DNA of 64,000 bases. Origin: Bacteroidota bacterium. GTDB lineage: Bacteria > Bacteroidota > Bacteroidia > Bacteroidales > P3. The stretch covers positions 145,323 to 209,322 of the forward strand of contig JAEZKK010000023.1 in NCBI GenBank assembly GCA_023415495.1, in the 5' to 3' direction. Both the position numbers and the translations under genes were made by a program. The notes under the pieces were generated by a model. It saw only the letters and a list, made by a program, of their open reading frames with translations. It was not told the origin of the DNA and did not search any database. Of the stretch, positions 27,341 through 36,317 are shown one piece after another (the first letter of the stretch is position 1; the number at the start of each line of letters is the position of its first letter).

Positions 27341-29608
27341 ATGTTATTAGACGATTTAAATCAAGAACAAAGATCAGCAGCCCAGCAGACAGAGGGTGCA
27401 GTGATGATAGTTGCAGGAGCTGGCTCGGGTAAAACAAGAACCCTAACTTATAGAATAGCCCATTTAATAGAAAAAGGAGTAGATCCATTTAATATATTAT
27501 CCCTTACCTTTACCAATAAAGCAGCAAAGGAGATGAAGGAGAGAATTATTAAGCTTGTTGGGAGGGATGCAAGGAATATTATGATGGGCACTTTTCACTC
27601 TGTTTTTGCAAAGATACTTAGAGTTGAGGCTGAGAAATTAGGTTATATGTCAAATTTCACTATCTATGATACTGATGATGCAAAGAGTGTAATTAAATCA
27701 ATTATCAAAGAACATAATTTAGACCCTAAAATCTATAATCTATCTTATGTAATTGATAGAATATCCAAAGCGAAAAGCAGTTTAATCTCCTCATACGATT
27801 ATCAGAATAATATTCAGTTAATGACAGAGGACAAAGCCTCTAACAAACCCCTAATTGCAAATATTTACCAAGAGTATAATATGAGGTTAAGAAGGGCTAT
27901 GGCAATGGATTTCGACGATTTGCTTTTCTATATGAATGTTCTTTTAAGAGATTTTCCTGAAGTATTATATAAGTACCAAGAAAGGTATAGATATATACAT
28001 GTGGATGAGTATCAAGATACAAATTTCTCTCAGTATTTAATAATCAAAAAACTTGCAGCAAGGTTTGGGAATATATGTGTTGTTGGAGATGATGCACAAA
28101 GTATCTATGCTTTTAGAGGTGCGAATATTCAAAATATACTAAACTTTAAATCCGATTATCCTGATTGTCAAATTGTGAAATTAGAACAAAACTATCGTTC
28201 AACTCAAAATATAGTAAATGCTGCAAATTCGGTAATTGCAAAGAATAAAGACCAAATTAAGAAAGAAATATGGACAAGTAATTCTCAAGGAGATAAGATT
28301 AGCTTAGTTGAATGCGATAACGAGAAGGAGGAAGCTAATTGGATAGTAAGTTCAATTAAGAAAAGACTAAATGAGAATACAAATTATAAGAGCTTTGCAA
28401 TCCTATATAGAACTAACCAACAATCTCGTTCTCTTGAAGAAAGTCTAAGAATTTCTAATATTCCTTATAGAATATTTAGTGGGACATCTTTCTATGATAG
28501 AAAAGAAATACGCGATGTACTTGCTTATTTTAGATTAGTTGTAAATAATTGGGACGATGAGGCATTCCTTAGAATCATAAATTTCCCTTCTCGTGGCATT
28601 GGTGATACAACAATTAACCGTTTAAAAGTTGTAGCTTCTCAAAATAATCTATCATTATTTGAAACATCACAAAGATTAAGAGAATTTCCAACGGATATAA
28701 ATCTAAGTACTATTCAAAGGATAATAGATTTTACAATGATGATTAAAGCATACACTGTAAATGTGAATAAAACGGATGCTTTTGAATTAGGTTCAGAGAT
28801 AATTCATACAAATAAACTAATTCAATATTGGAAAGAAGATACAGACCCATTGAGCGATGATAGAGCAGATAATATTAATGAAATGCTTAATGCTATCAAG
28901 AGTTTTGTAGAGGGAGAGGATAATGCAATTATTGATGAGCAAACTGGAGAAGAGATATCTCTTGAGGATAAAACCTTGGATGTATTTCTTTCTCAAGTAA
29001 GTCTTATGAGCGAAACAGATAGAGACGATAAGGAAGATGAGAATAGGGTTTCACTTATGACTATTCATGCTTCAAAAGGTTTAGAATTTCCTTATGTATT
29101 TGTAGCAGGTATGGAGGAAAATCTTTTTCCAAGTGTAATGTGTTTGGCCTCAAGGACAGAACTTGAGGAAGAGAGGAGATTATTCTATGTAGCTATGACA
29201 AGGGCTGAAAAAGAATTATTCTTAAGTTCTGCTGTTTCGAGATATAGAAATGGTCAATTGAATTTTAATGAGAAAAGTAGGTTTTTAGACGATATTGAAG
29301 ATAAATTTATAAACGAAACGTCTTTATGTAATAAATCAATAAATCCATTTCAAAGCAAAACCTCATTTGTAAGAAACACTCCTAAGTCAAGCTTTACAAC
29401 TCAAAAGCCATTACCAAAACCAATAGGTGGAGAAGATGTGAAGACAGGAGAGTATTTTATTAATATGAAAGTGGGTCATGATAAATTTGGTTTTGGAGAG
29501 ATAATAAACCTTGATGGAAATGGCGACGATATGAAAGCAGAGGTTAGATTTGAAGCCTTTGGAACAAAAACATTGGTACTTAGGTTTGCAAAATTAAAAA
29601 AGATATAA
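27341..29608 (+). CDS. UvrD/PcrA/Rep-family ATP-dependent DNA helicase
   Basis: 755 aa. Motifs AGAGSGKT, VDEYQDTN, YRS and TIHASKGLEF. Confidence 0.9.
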   Translation: MLLDDLNQEQRSAAQQTEGAVMIVAGAGSGKTRTLTYRIAHLIEKGVDPFNILSLTFTNKAAKEMKERIIKLVGRDARNIMMGTFHSVFAKILRVEAEKLGYMSNFTIYDTDDAKSVIKSIIKEHNLDPKIYNLSYVIDRISKAKSSLISSYDYQNNIQLMTEDKASNKPLIANIYQEYNMRLRRAMAMDFDDLLFYMNVLLRDFPEVLYKYQERYRYIHVDEYQDTNFSQYLIIKKLAARFGNICVVGDDAQSIYAFRGANIQNILNFKSDYPDCQIVKLEQNYRSTQNIVNAANSVIAKNKDQIKKEIWTSNSQGDKISLVECDNEKEEANWIVSSIKKRLNENTNYKSFAILYRTNQQSRSLEESLRISNIPYRIFSGTSFYDRKEIRDVLAYFRLVVNNWDDEAFLRIINFPSRGIGDTTINRLKVVASQNNLSLFETSQRLREFPTDINLSTIQRIIDFTMMIKAYTVNVNKTDAFELGSEIIHTNKLIQYWKEDTDPLSDDRADNINEMLNAIKSFVEGEDNAIIDEQTGEEISLEDKTLDVFLSQVSLMSETDRDDKEDENRVSLMTIHASKGLEFPYVFVAGMEENLFPSVMCLASRTELEEERRLFYVAMTRAEKELFLSSAVSRYRNGQLNFNEKSRFLDDIEDKFINETSLCNKSINPFQSKTSFVRNTPKSSFTTQKPLPKPIGGEDVKTGEYFINMKVGHDKFGFGEIINLDGNGDDMKAEVRFEAFGTKTLVLRFAKLKKI

Positions 29609-29618
29609 ATAAAGAAAA

Positions 29619-30308
29619 ATGGAATACAATACAGAAAGAAAGGAACTGATTATCCCTGAATACGGAAGGAATATTCAAAAGATGGTGGAAAATGCCATGA
29701 AGATTGAAGATAGAGAAAAGAGGACTGAATATGCAAATAGTATTATTGCGTCCATGAATAATGTGAATCCAGATGCTAAAAACATATTAGATTATAAACA
29801 TAAACTTTGGGACCATCTTTATATTATATCTGATTATAAACTCGATGTTGATTCTCCATATCCAATGCCAGATAAGGTGAAGATTCAATCACAACCTCAA
29901 AAACTATCTTATAAAAACAGCAAGATAGAGTTTGGACCCTATGGAATGTTAATAGAGAAAATGATTGAGACTATAATCCAAATGGAAGATGGAGAGGAAA
30001 AACAAGAACTTATTTCACTTCTTGCCCAGCAGCTTAAGAAGTCTTATCTGCAATGGAATAGAGATTCAGTTGATGATGAGCTAATACTTAAACATTTTGA
30101 GCAGCTTAGTAAAGGCATGCTAAAATTACAAGAAGACTTTAAGCTTAATACTACAAGAAATATTCTAAATAGCGGAAGCAAGAAGAGGACAGGAGCTAAG
30201 GGACAGATTAAAGTTCAGTCCAAAAACCAAAACAAAAGCTATACGGGTGGAACTAACCAGAAAAGAAGTAAGTTTATTGGACAAAAGTTTAATAGAAACC
30301 AAAAATAA
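29619..30308 (+). CDS. DUF4290 family protein
   Basis: 229 aa. Motifs PEYGRNIQKMV and KLWDHLYIISD. The position directly upstream of murA is the usual Bacteroidota arrangement (from memory). Confidence 0.7.
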   Translation: MEYNTERKELIIPEYGRNIQKMVENAMKIEDREKRTEYANSIIASMNNVNPDAKNILDYKHKLWDHLYIISDYKLDVDSPYPMPDKVKIQSQPQKLSYKNSKIEFGPYGMLIEKMIETIIQMEDGEEKQELISLLAQQLKKSYLQWNRDSVDDELILKHFEQLSKGMLKLQEDFKLNTTRNILNSGSKKRTGAKGQIKVQSKNQNKSYTGGTNQKRSKFIGQKFNRNQK

Positions 30309-30332
30309 TTAACTAATTAACAAAACAATACT

Positions 30333-31640
30333 ATGAGCTCTTTTGAAATTATCGGAGGCACAAAATTAAAAGGCGAGATTACTCCTCAGGGAGCTAAGAA
30401 CGAAGCCCTACAAGTCATTTGTGCTGTACTTTTAACTAAGGAAGAAATTATTATGGAGAATATCCCAGATATTAGGGATGTTAATAAACTAATAGAATTA
30501 CTTTCTGTCTTAGGTGTTGAGGTAAAGAAAATATCAAAAGGCAAGTACTCTTTTAAAGCTGAGAATATTGATATATCAGTAATTAAAACAGAAAAATATT
30601 CTAAGATAGCCTCTGTACTTAGGGGTTCAGTTATGCTTGTTGGTCCTTTGCTTGCTCGTTTTTCTCAAGCCTCTATCCCAACTCCTGGAGGAGATAAGAT
30701 TGGTAGAAGAAGATTGGATACTCATTTTATAGGCTTCGAAAAACTGGGAGCTAAGGTTAATTACGATTCAGATTCTTCTTGTTTTAGTGTAAAGACCCAT
30801 GGTTTAAAGGGATGTTATATGCTTTTGGATGAGGCTTCTGTTACTGGAACTGCAAATATTCTTATGGCAAGCGTACTTGCAAAAGGAATTACAACAATAT
30901 TCAATGCTGCTTGTGAACCTTATCTTTATCAATTATGCACCATGTTAAACTCTATGGGTGCAAAAATCACTGGAGTTGGTTCAAACCTTCTAACAATTGA
31001 GGGCGTTGAAAGCCTCAGTGGTTGTACTCATAGACTTTTACCCGATATGATTGAGATTGGTTCATTTATTGGGCTTGCAGCAATGACCTCTTCCGAAATC
31101 ACCATTAAGGATGTTAACTATAAGCAATTGGGAATTATTCCTGATGTATTTAAGCGTTTGGGAATTAAAATGGAGTTAAGAGGGGACGATATTTTTATTC
31201 CAGAACAAGAGGTTTATGAAGTAGAGAAATTTATGGATGGTTCGATAATGACAATTGCCGATTCTCCATGGCCTGGTTTTACTCCTGACCTTATTTCTAT
31301 TGCCCTTGTGGTAGCAACTCAAGCTAAGGGCTCTGTTCTTATTCATCAAAAGATGTTCGAGAGTCGTTTATTCTTTGTTGATAAGCTTATAGATATGGGA
31401 GCTCAAATTATATTATGCGACCCTCATAGAGCAACAGTTATTGGTTCAGCTAAGGCTTATCCTTTGAAAGGAGTAAGGATGAGCTCACCTGATATACGTG
31501 CAGGTGTTGCTTTACTTATAGCTGCCCTATCTGCAAAGGGTACAAGTATTATTGATAATATTGACCAAATAGATAGAGGATACGAAGATATTGATAAGAG
31601 ATTAATTTCTCTTGGAGCAAAGATTTCCAGAATAGATTAA
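30333..31640 (+). CDS. murA: UDP-N-acetylglucosamine 1-carboxyvinyltransferase
   Basis: 435 aa. EPSP-synthase-like fold with motifs GAKNEAL, P.GGD.IG.RR.D and DRGYE. Confidence 0.95.
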   Translation: MSSFEIIGGTKLKGEITPQGAKNEALQVICAVLLTKEEIIMENIPDIRDVNKLIELLSVLGVEVKKISKGKYSFKAENIDISVIKTEKYSKIASVLRGSVMLVGPLLARFSQASIPTPGGDKIGRRRLDTHFIGFEKLGAKVNYDSDSSCFSVKTHGLKGCYMLLDEASVTGTANILMASVLAKGITTIFNAACEPYLYQLCTMLNSMGAKITGVGSNLLTIEGVESLSGCTHRLLPDMIEIGSFIGLAAMTSSEITIKDVNYKQLGIIPDVFKRLGIKMELRGDDIFIPEQEVYEVEKFMDGSIMTIADSPWPGFTPDLISIALVVATQAKGSVLIHQKMFESRLFFVDKLIDMGAQIILCDPHRATVIGSAKAYPLKGVRMSSPDIRAGVALLIAALSAKGTSIIDNIDQIDRGYEDIDKRLISLGAKISRID

Positions 31641-31803
31641 ATCTGTTAACTTTATTATTACCATTTTAAGAGGATGATTATATTATCCTCCATAACTTCT
31701 TTTATCCTGTTATTCCTAATTTTGGGAGTAATGGACATTTTTAATGGTTTATATTTCCCCACTTTTGTTATTCATTAGATTTTATTTGTTCTTTGGTAGT
31801 ATC

Positions 31804-32072
31804 CCTCTGTAGGGTTATTACTGATGAGAGATTTAAAAGCAATACCAAGTATTGAATTATCTAAGTTTGCAACAAATGGCCTAAAGAAGATATACCAAAA
31901 AGGCTATAAGTACAAAAAAGCAGGAGTAATTGTTATGGACTTTATTAACGAGTCGAACAAAGATATTGTAAGACTTGCCGCCCAAAGCCACGGAAGAACA
32001 TGGAAAATGAGACAAGAAAAACTATCAAACCACTATACAACCAATATAAACGAAATCCTCGAGGTGCATTAA
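31804..32072 (+). pseudogene. internally deleted relic of the 3' part of umuC (82-aa ORF still open)
   Basis: Three colinear DNA blocks match the reverse complement of the full gene: about 12069-12126, about 11715-11828 and about 11520-11633. The track ORF 31824-32072 is a splice-like concatenation of UmuC residues (LMRDLKGIPSIEL / SKFATNGLKKIYQKG.KYKKAGVIVMDFINESNK / DIVRLAAQSHGRTWKMRQEKLSNHYTTNINEILEVH). Confidence 0.85.
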
Positions 32073-32203
32073 TAAATGATTAGGTTCTTTTTTGGTTTCA
32101 TTTAGATGATACTTATAGATATAAAAATAGAATCAGATTAAATTTTCTTTGATTAAAGAAATAGAAAATGGGGCTTAGCGATGAAAAAGACTTTTAGATT
32201 TAC

Positions 32204-32211
32204 TATCTTTG
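32204..32211 (+). promoter_or_regulatory. -7 box for the methyltransferase-rarA-dus string
   Basis: TATCTTTG, 8 nt before the ATG. Confidence 0.5.
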
Positions 32212-32218
32212 CAAAACT

Positions 32219-32926
32219 ATGAATAAAGCAGTTTTATTTCTCTTCCCTACTCCTATTGCTGATGGAGATATTAATTTATCTCTACCACAAAAGAATTTGG
32301 AATTATTATTAGAATGTGATTATTTTGTTGTTGAGGAAATACGCACAGCAAGAAGATTTTTAAGAAAGGCAGGTTATAATAAAAACTTCGATGAGGTTGT
32401 ATTCTTTGAGTTAAATGAACATACTAAAGAAGAAGATATTTCAGAATATCTAATCCCTATTAGCCAAGGGAATAGTATTGGACTTATGTCTGAGGCAGGT
32501 CTCCCTTGTGTTGCTGACCCTGGTGCAATGATAGTTAGTATGGCTCAGAGCAAAGGGATAGAAATTATTCCATTGGTTGGTCCTTCCTCTATTATGATGA
32601 GTTTGATGGCTTCAGGATTTAATGGTCAAAACTTTGCTTTTGTTGGCTATTTGCCAATTGATAAGACTCAAAGAGCTAAGAGAATAAAAGCCTTAGAAAC
32701 GATTGCTTTTAAAGAGAATCAAACACAAATATTTATTGAAGCTCCTTATAGAAATAATTCTATGCTTGAGAGTTTGATTTCAATTTTAAATCCCAATACT
32801 AAGATTTGTGTTGGAGTAGATATAATGTTACCTACACAAAATATCATTTCACATACAGCACAAGAATGGGAAAAGATAAAAATTGATTTACATAAGAGGA
32901 ATACTGTGTTTTTAATATACAAATAA
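32219..32926 (+). CDS. SAM-dependent methyltransferase, tetrapyrrole-methylase (RsmI-like) fold
   Basis: 235 aa. Motifs SEAG.P.V.DPG and GPSS are typical of the TP_methylase family. Confidence 0.7.
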   Translation: MNKAVLFLFPTPIADGDINLSLPQKNLELLLECDYFVVEEIRTARRFLRKAGYNKNFDEVVFFELNEHTKEEDISEYLIPISQGNSIGLMSEAGLPCVADPGAMIVSMAQSKGIEIIPLVGPSSIMMSLMASGFNGQNFAFVGYLPIDKTQRAKRIKALETIAFKENQTQIFIEAPYRNNSMLESLISILNPNTKICVGVDIMLPTQNIISHTAQEWEKIKIDLHKRNTVFLIYK

Positions 32927-32927
32927 T

Positions 32928-34181
32928 ATGCAACCACTTGCTGAAATACTAAGACCAAGCAGCCTTGAGGATTATATTGGTCAAGCACATTTAATTGGGA
33001 AAGATGCTATTCTTAGAAATGCTATTGAGAATAATAATATCCCTTCAATGATATTGTGGGGACCTCCAGGAGTAGGCAAAACTACTCTTGCAAATATTAT
33101 AGCTAACCAACTTCTAAGACCTTTTTATTCCTTAAGTGCTATAAATTCTGGAGTAAAGGATGTTAGGGAGGTTATTGAAAAAGCAAGACATAATCAAGGG
33201 AGTATTTTATTTATAGATGAAATACATAGGTTTTCAAAATCTCAGCAAGACTCTCTGCTGGGAGCTGTTGAACAAGGAATAGTTACACTAATAGGTGCAA
33301 CAACCGAGAATCCTTCTTTTGAGGTTATCTCCCCATTGCTCTCAAGGTGTCAGGTCTATATTCTTAAAAATCTAACTAAGGATGAATTAAATCAATTAAT
33401 AGAGAAAGCAAAACTATATTACCAAAACAAATTAAATAGAAACCTTAAGATAAAAGAAACCGAAGCCCTTTTGAGAATAAGTTCTGGGGATGCAAGAAAA
33501 CTATTGAATGCAATAGAGTTAATAGCTCTTCAAACAAGCTCGGATATTGAAATAGATAATGAAATTGTAAAGAAAATAATACAACAGAATCTTAATGTTT
33601 ATGATAAAAAGGGAGAAATGCATTATGATATTATTTCTGCCTTTATCAAGAGTATAAGAGGTTCCGACCCAAATGCAGCAATTTATTGGTTAGCCAGAAT
33701 GTTAGATAGTGGAGAGGATATTCTTTTTATAGCAAGAAGATTATTAATTATAGCATCTGAGGATATAGGTATGGCAAACCCAAATGCTCTTCTAATGGCT
33801 AATTCTTGTTTTGAGGCTATTCATAAGATAGGTATGCCAGAGGCAAGAATTATTCTTGCTCAAACTGCAGTTTATCTTGCAACCTCAGCAAAGAGCAATT
33901 CTACTTATCTTGCAATTAATGCAGCAATGGAATTTGTTAGAAAAACAGGTTCTTTGCCTGTTCCTTTGGATATAAGAAACTCCCCAACAGAGCTAATGAA
34001 AGAGATTGGATATGGAGAGAATTATAAATACGCCCATGATTATGAAAATAATTTTGCTCAGATGGAGTTCTTGCCAAGAGAGATTTTTGGAACTAAGTTT
34101 TACGAGCCTGGGAATAATCCAAAGGAAAATGAAGTAAAGAAAACCCTAAGTAATATATGGAAGGGATATTATGAGTATTAG
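32928..34181 (+). CDS. rarA: replication-associated recombination protein A (MgsA/RarA AAA+ ATPase)
   Basis: 417 aa. Motifs LRP..L.DYIGQ.HL, WGPPGVGKTT, FIDEIHRF and RGSDP.AA.YW.ARM. Confidence 0.9.
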   Translation: MQPLAEILRPSSLEDYIGQAHLIGKDAILRNAIENNNIPSMILWGPPGVGKTTLANIIANQLLRPFYSLSAINSGVKDVREVIEKARHNQGSILFIDEIHRFSKSQQDSLLGAVEQGIVTLIGATTENPSFEVISPLLSRCQVYILKNLTKDELNQLIEKAKLYYQNKLNRNLKIKETEALLRISSGDARKLLNAIELIALQTSSDIEIDNEIVKKIIQQNLNVYDKKGEMHYDIISAFIKSIRGSDPNAAIYWLARMLDSGEDILFIARRLLIIASEDIGMANPNALLMANSCFEAIHKIGMPEARIILAQTAVYLATSAKSNSTYLAINAAMEFVRKTGSLPVPLDIRNSPTELMKEIGYGENYKYAHDYENNFAQMEFLPREIFGTKFYEPGNNPKENEVKKTLSNIWKGYYEY

Positions 34182-35121
34182 CAATAAGGATGTATTTATT
34201 TTAGCTCCTTTACAAGGACTTACTGATTATGAATTTAGAAATGCCTATTCTAAGATATTTCCTAATTCATTTGAAATGGCAGTAACGCCTTTTATTTCTT
34301 TAACTCATGGGAATAATGAAACCTCTAAGAAAAAGTATAGAGATGTTCTACCTGAAAATAATAAGAATAATATTAAACTAATACCTCAGGTTCTTGGGAA
34401 TGATGAGAAGGGAATAATTGAGGTGGCAAATGGTGTTTATAATTTAGGATATAGAGAATTAAATATTAACCTTGGATGTTCAGTCAAAAGGATTACTCGA
34501 AAGACAAGGGGTTCTGCACTGATGAAAGATACAGAAGAATTGGAGAGAATCCTAAATAAAGTCTGCAAAGCAAGCCCTTGTTCAATATCTTTAAAACTAA
34601 GATTAGGCTATGATATCAATGAAGATATATTTAGATTAATTCCTATTATCAATTCCCTCCCTATTAGTTCTGTGATAATTCATCCAAGATTAGGAATAGA
34701 AGATTTCTCTTCTCAATTAGATTTAGATAGTTTTGAAAAAGCATATTCACTAATAAAAACCAAGTTAGTTTATAATGGAGAAATTAGAACTAAGGAGGAT
34801 TTTAATAAACTAAAATCTCGTTTTCCAAATATTAATTCTTGGATGATTGGCAGAGGTGTTTTAAATAATCCTACACTTATTGAGGAAATAAAATCGACCA
34901 AGCCTACTGATAAGAGAAAGAAAATAATGGATTTAAGTAATGAGCTTATAAATAATTCGATAAGATTAAATAAGCTAAAAGAGTTTTGGACTTATTTCTC
35001 TATTGGATTTGGAATTAGCCCTAATGATTACAAACTATTATTGGAATCAAATAGCCTTGAAGAGTTTATAGAGATAATTAATAAATTAATGGAATTTGAC
35101 TTTGAAGATGAAAAAGAATAA
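34171..35121 (+). CDS. tRNA-dihydrouridine synthase family protein
   Basis: 316 aa. Has an APLQGLTD start, N.GC (TIM-barrel Dus motif) and HPR. Overlaps the rarA end by 11 nt. Confidence 0.7.
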   Translation: MSISNKDVFILAPLQGLTDYEFRNAYSKIFPNSFEMAVTPFISLTHGNNETSKKKYRDVLPENNKNNIKLIPQVLGNDEKGIIEVANGVYNLGYRELNINLGCSVKRITRKTRGSALMKDTEELERILNKVCKASPCSISLKLRLGYDINEDIFRLIPIINSLPISSVIIHPRLGIEDFSSQLDLDSFEKAYSLIKTKLVYNGEIRTKEDFNKLKSRFPNINSWMIGRGVLNNPTLIEEIKSTKPTDKRKKIMDLSNELINNSIRLNKLKEFWTYFSIGFGISPNDYKLLLESNSLEEFIEIINKLMEFDFEDEKE

Positions 35122-35617
35122 AAACCTTGAAAAAGAGTTTGAAACATCCTTATTGCTTAGAATTATTATTATTCTATGTGTCTTGTTTTTTACGTTTATT
35201 TCAATCCTATATTTATTCTCCGGATTATTCCCAAATACTATTAAAGACTTTGTAATGAGTGATAGTTTTCCAAAAGTGCTTCATTTTTACAGAGAGAATC
35301 TAATAAGCAGAATAATGGATTTTAGATTATATTATCTTATTGGCTTTTTTGTCTATATAATATTAAATTACGGCCTATTGCTTATTTATAAAGGAAGTTG
35401 GCTGGGCTTTATCCTATTTTCTACATCTTTGTCAATTGTCCTTATCTCACCAATTCTAATTCAAGGCACAAGAGGAATTGCTCTTGGTGATATAATGTTG
35501 GGTTTCCTATTAATCATATTCTTTCTAATCCAGATTTCTAAAGCAAAGATAAGGTATAAGAAGAAGATAAAAGCCAATAAAGAAGAAACAACGCATATAA
35601 TTGAAGAAGAAATTTAA
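35108..35617 (+). CDS. hypothetical polytopic membrane protein
   Basis: About 169 aa with four hydrophobic helices. I prefer the ATG at 35108 to the TTG at 35096 used by the track. No family recognised. Confidence 0.45.
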   Translation: MKKNKNLEKEFETSLLLRIIIILCVLFFTFISILYLFSGLFPNTIKDFVMSDSFPKVLHFYRENLISRIMDFRLYYLIGFFVYIILNYGLLLIYKGSWLGFILFSTSLSIVLISPILIQGTRGIALGDIMLGFLLIIFFLIQISKAKIRYKKKIKANKEETTHIIEEEI

Positions 35618-35638
35618 ATAAATAAAACTATAAATATT

Positions 35639-35980
35639 ATGGCATCAAGTTCAGAATTTATGGAATTCGTTTACGAAAGAATTAAACACGTTGGTGATAT
35701 ATCCTATAAGAAGATGTTTGGGGAATATGGAGTCTATTATAAGGAGAAATTTATAGCCTTTGTTGCAGACGATAGGTTTATTCTAAAGAAAACGGACAAG
35801 GCATATAGTCTTATTCCAAAGGCTGAGTTGGTAGAACCTTACCCTAATGCGAAACCTCATTTACTAATTGAGAATTTAGATGATAAATCCTTAATCAGAG
35901 AATTAATTACCTTAACATATCAAGAGCTTCCTGAAGCAAAGCCAAAGAAAAAGAAAATAAAAAAAGATAAAACAAAATAA
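35639..35980 (+). CDS. TfoX/Sxy N-terminal-domain-like protein
   Basis: 113 aa. The motifs KKMFGEYGVYY..KFIAFV.DD are reminiscent of the TfoX_N domain. Lys-rich tail. Confidence 0.55.
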   Translation: MASSSEFMEFVYERIKHVGDISYKKMFGEYGVYYKEKFIAFVADDRFILKKTDKAYSLIPKAELVEPYPNAKPHLLIENLDDKSLIRELITLTYQELPEAKPKKKKIKKDKTK

Positions 35981-35981
35981 T

Positions 35982-36317
35982 ATGGAAAACTGGGCAAAAG
36001 AATTACCAATAGCAATAACTGTTAGCGATAAAGAAGGAAAAATAATTGAAATGAACGACAAGAGTGCTAATACATTTCAAGCTTATGGAGGATATGAATT
36101 AATTGGCAAAGCATTATTGGCTTGTCATGGAGAAAAAGCACAAAACACTATCAAATCTATGATGGAAAATCAAAATATTAATGCTTATACTATCGAGAAA
36201 CAAGGTCAAAAAAAACTAATCTATCAAATGCCTTGGTATGAAAAAGGCGAATTTGCAGGCTTGGTTGAGCTAAGTATTGTATTACCTGAAGATATGCCTC
36301 ATTTTATTAGAGGATAA
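35982..36317 (+). CDS. small PAS-like domain protein
   Basis: 111 aa. The segment PIAITVSDKEGKIIEMNDKS....GG is a PAS-like N-terminal strand pattern. Weak call. Confidence 0.4.
   Translation: MENWAKELPIAITVSDKEGKIIEMNDKSANTFQAYGGYELIGKALLACHGEKAQNTIKSMMENQNINAYTIEKQGQKKLIYQMPWYEKGEFAGLVELSIVLPEDMPHFIRG

Noticed and set aside
31824-32072. 82-aa ORF treated as an independent gene.
   Set aside because: Its DNA and protein are a three-block concatenation of the umuC 3' region, so it is annotated as a pseudogene relic. Possible residual translation is left as an open question in the findings.
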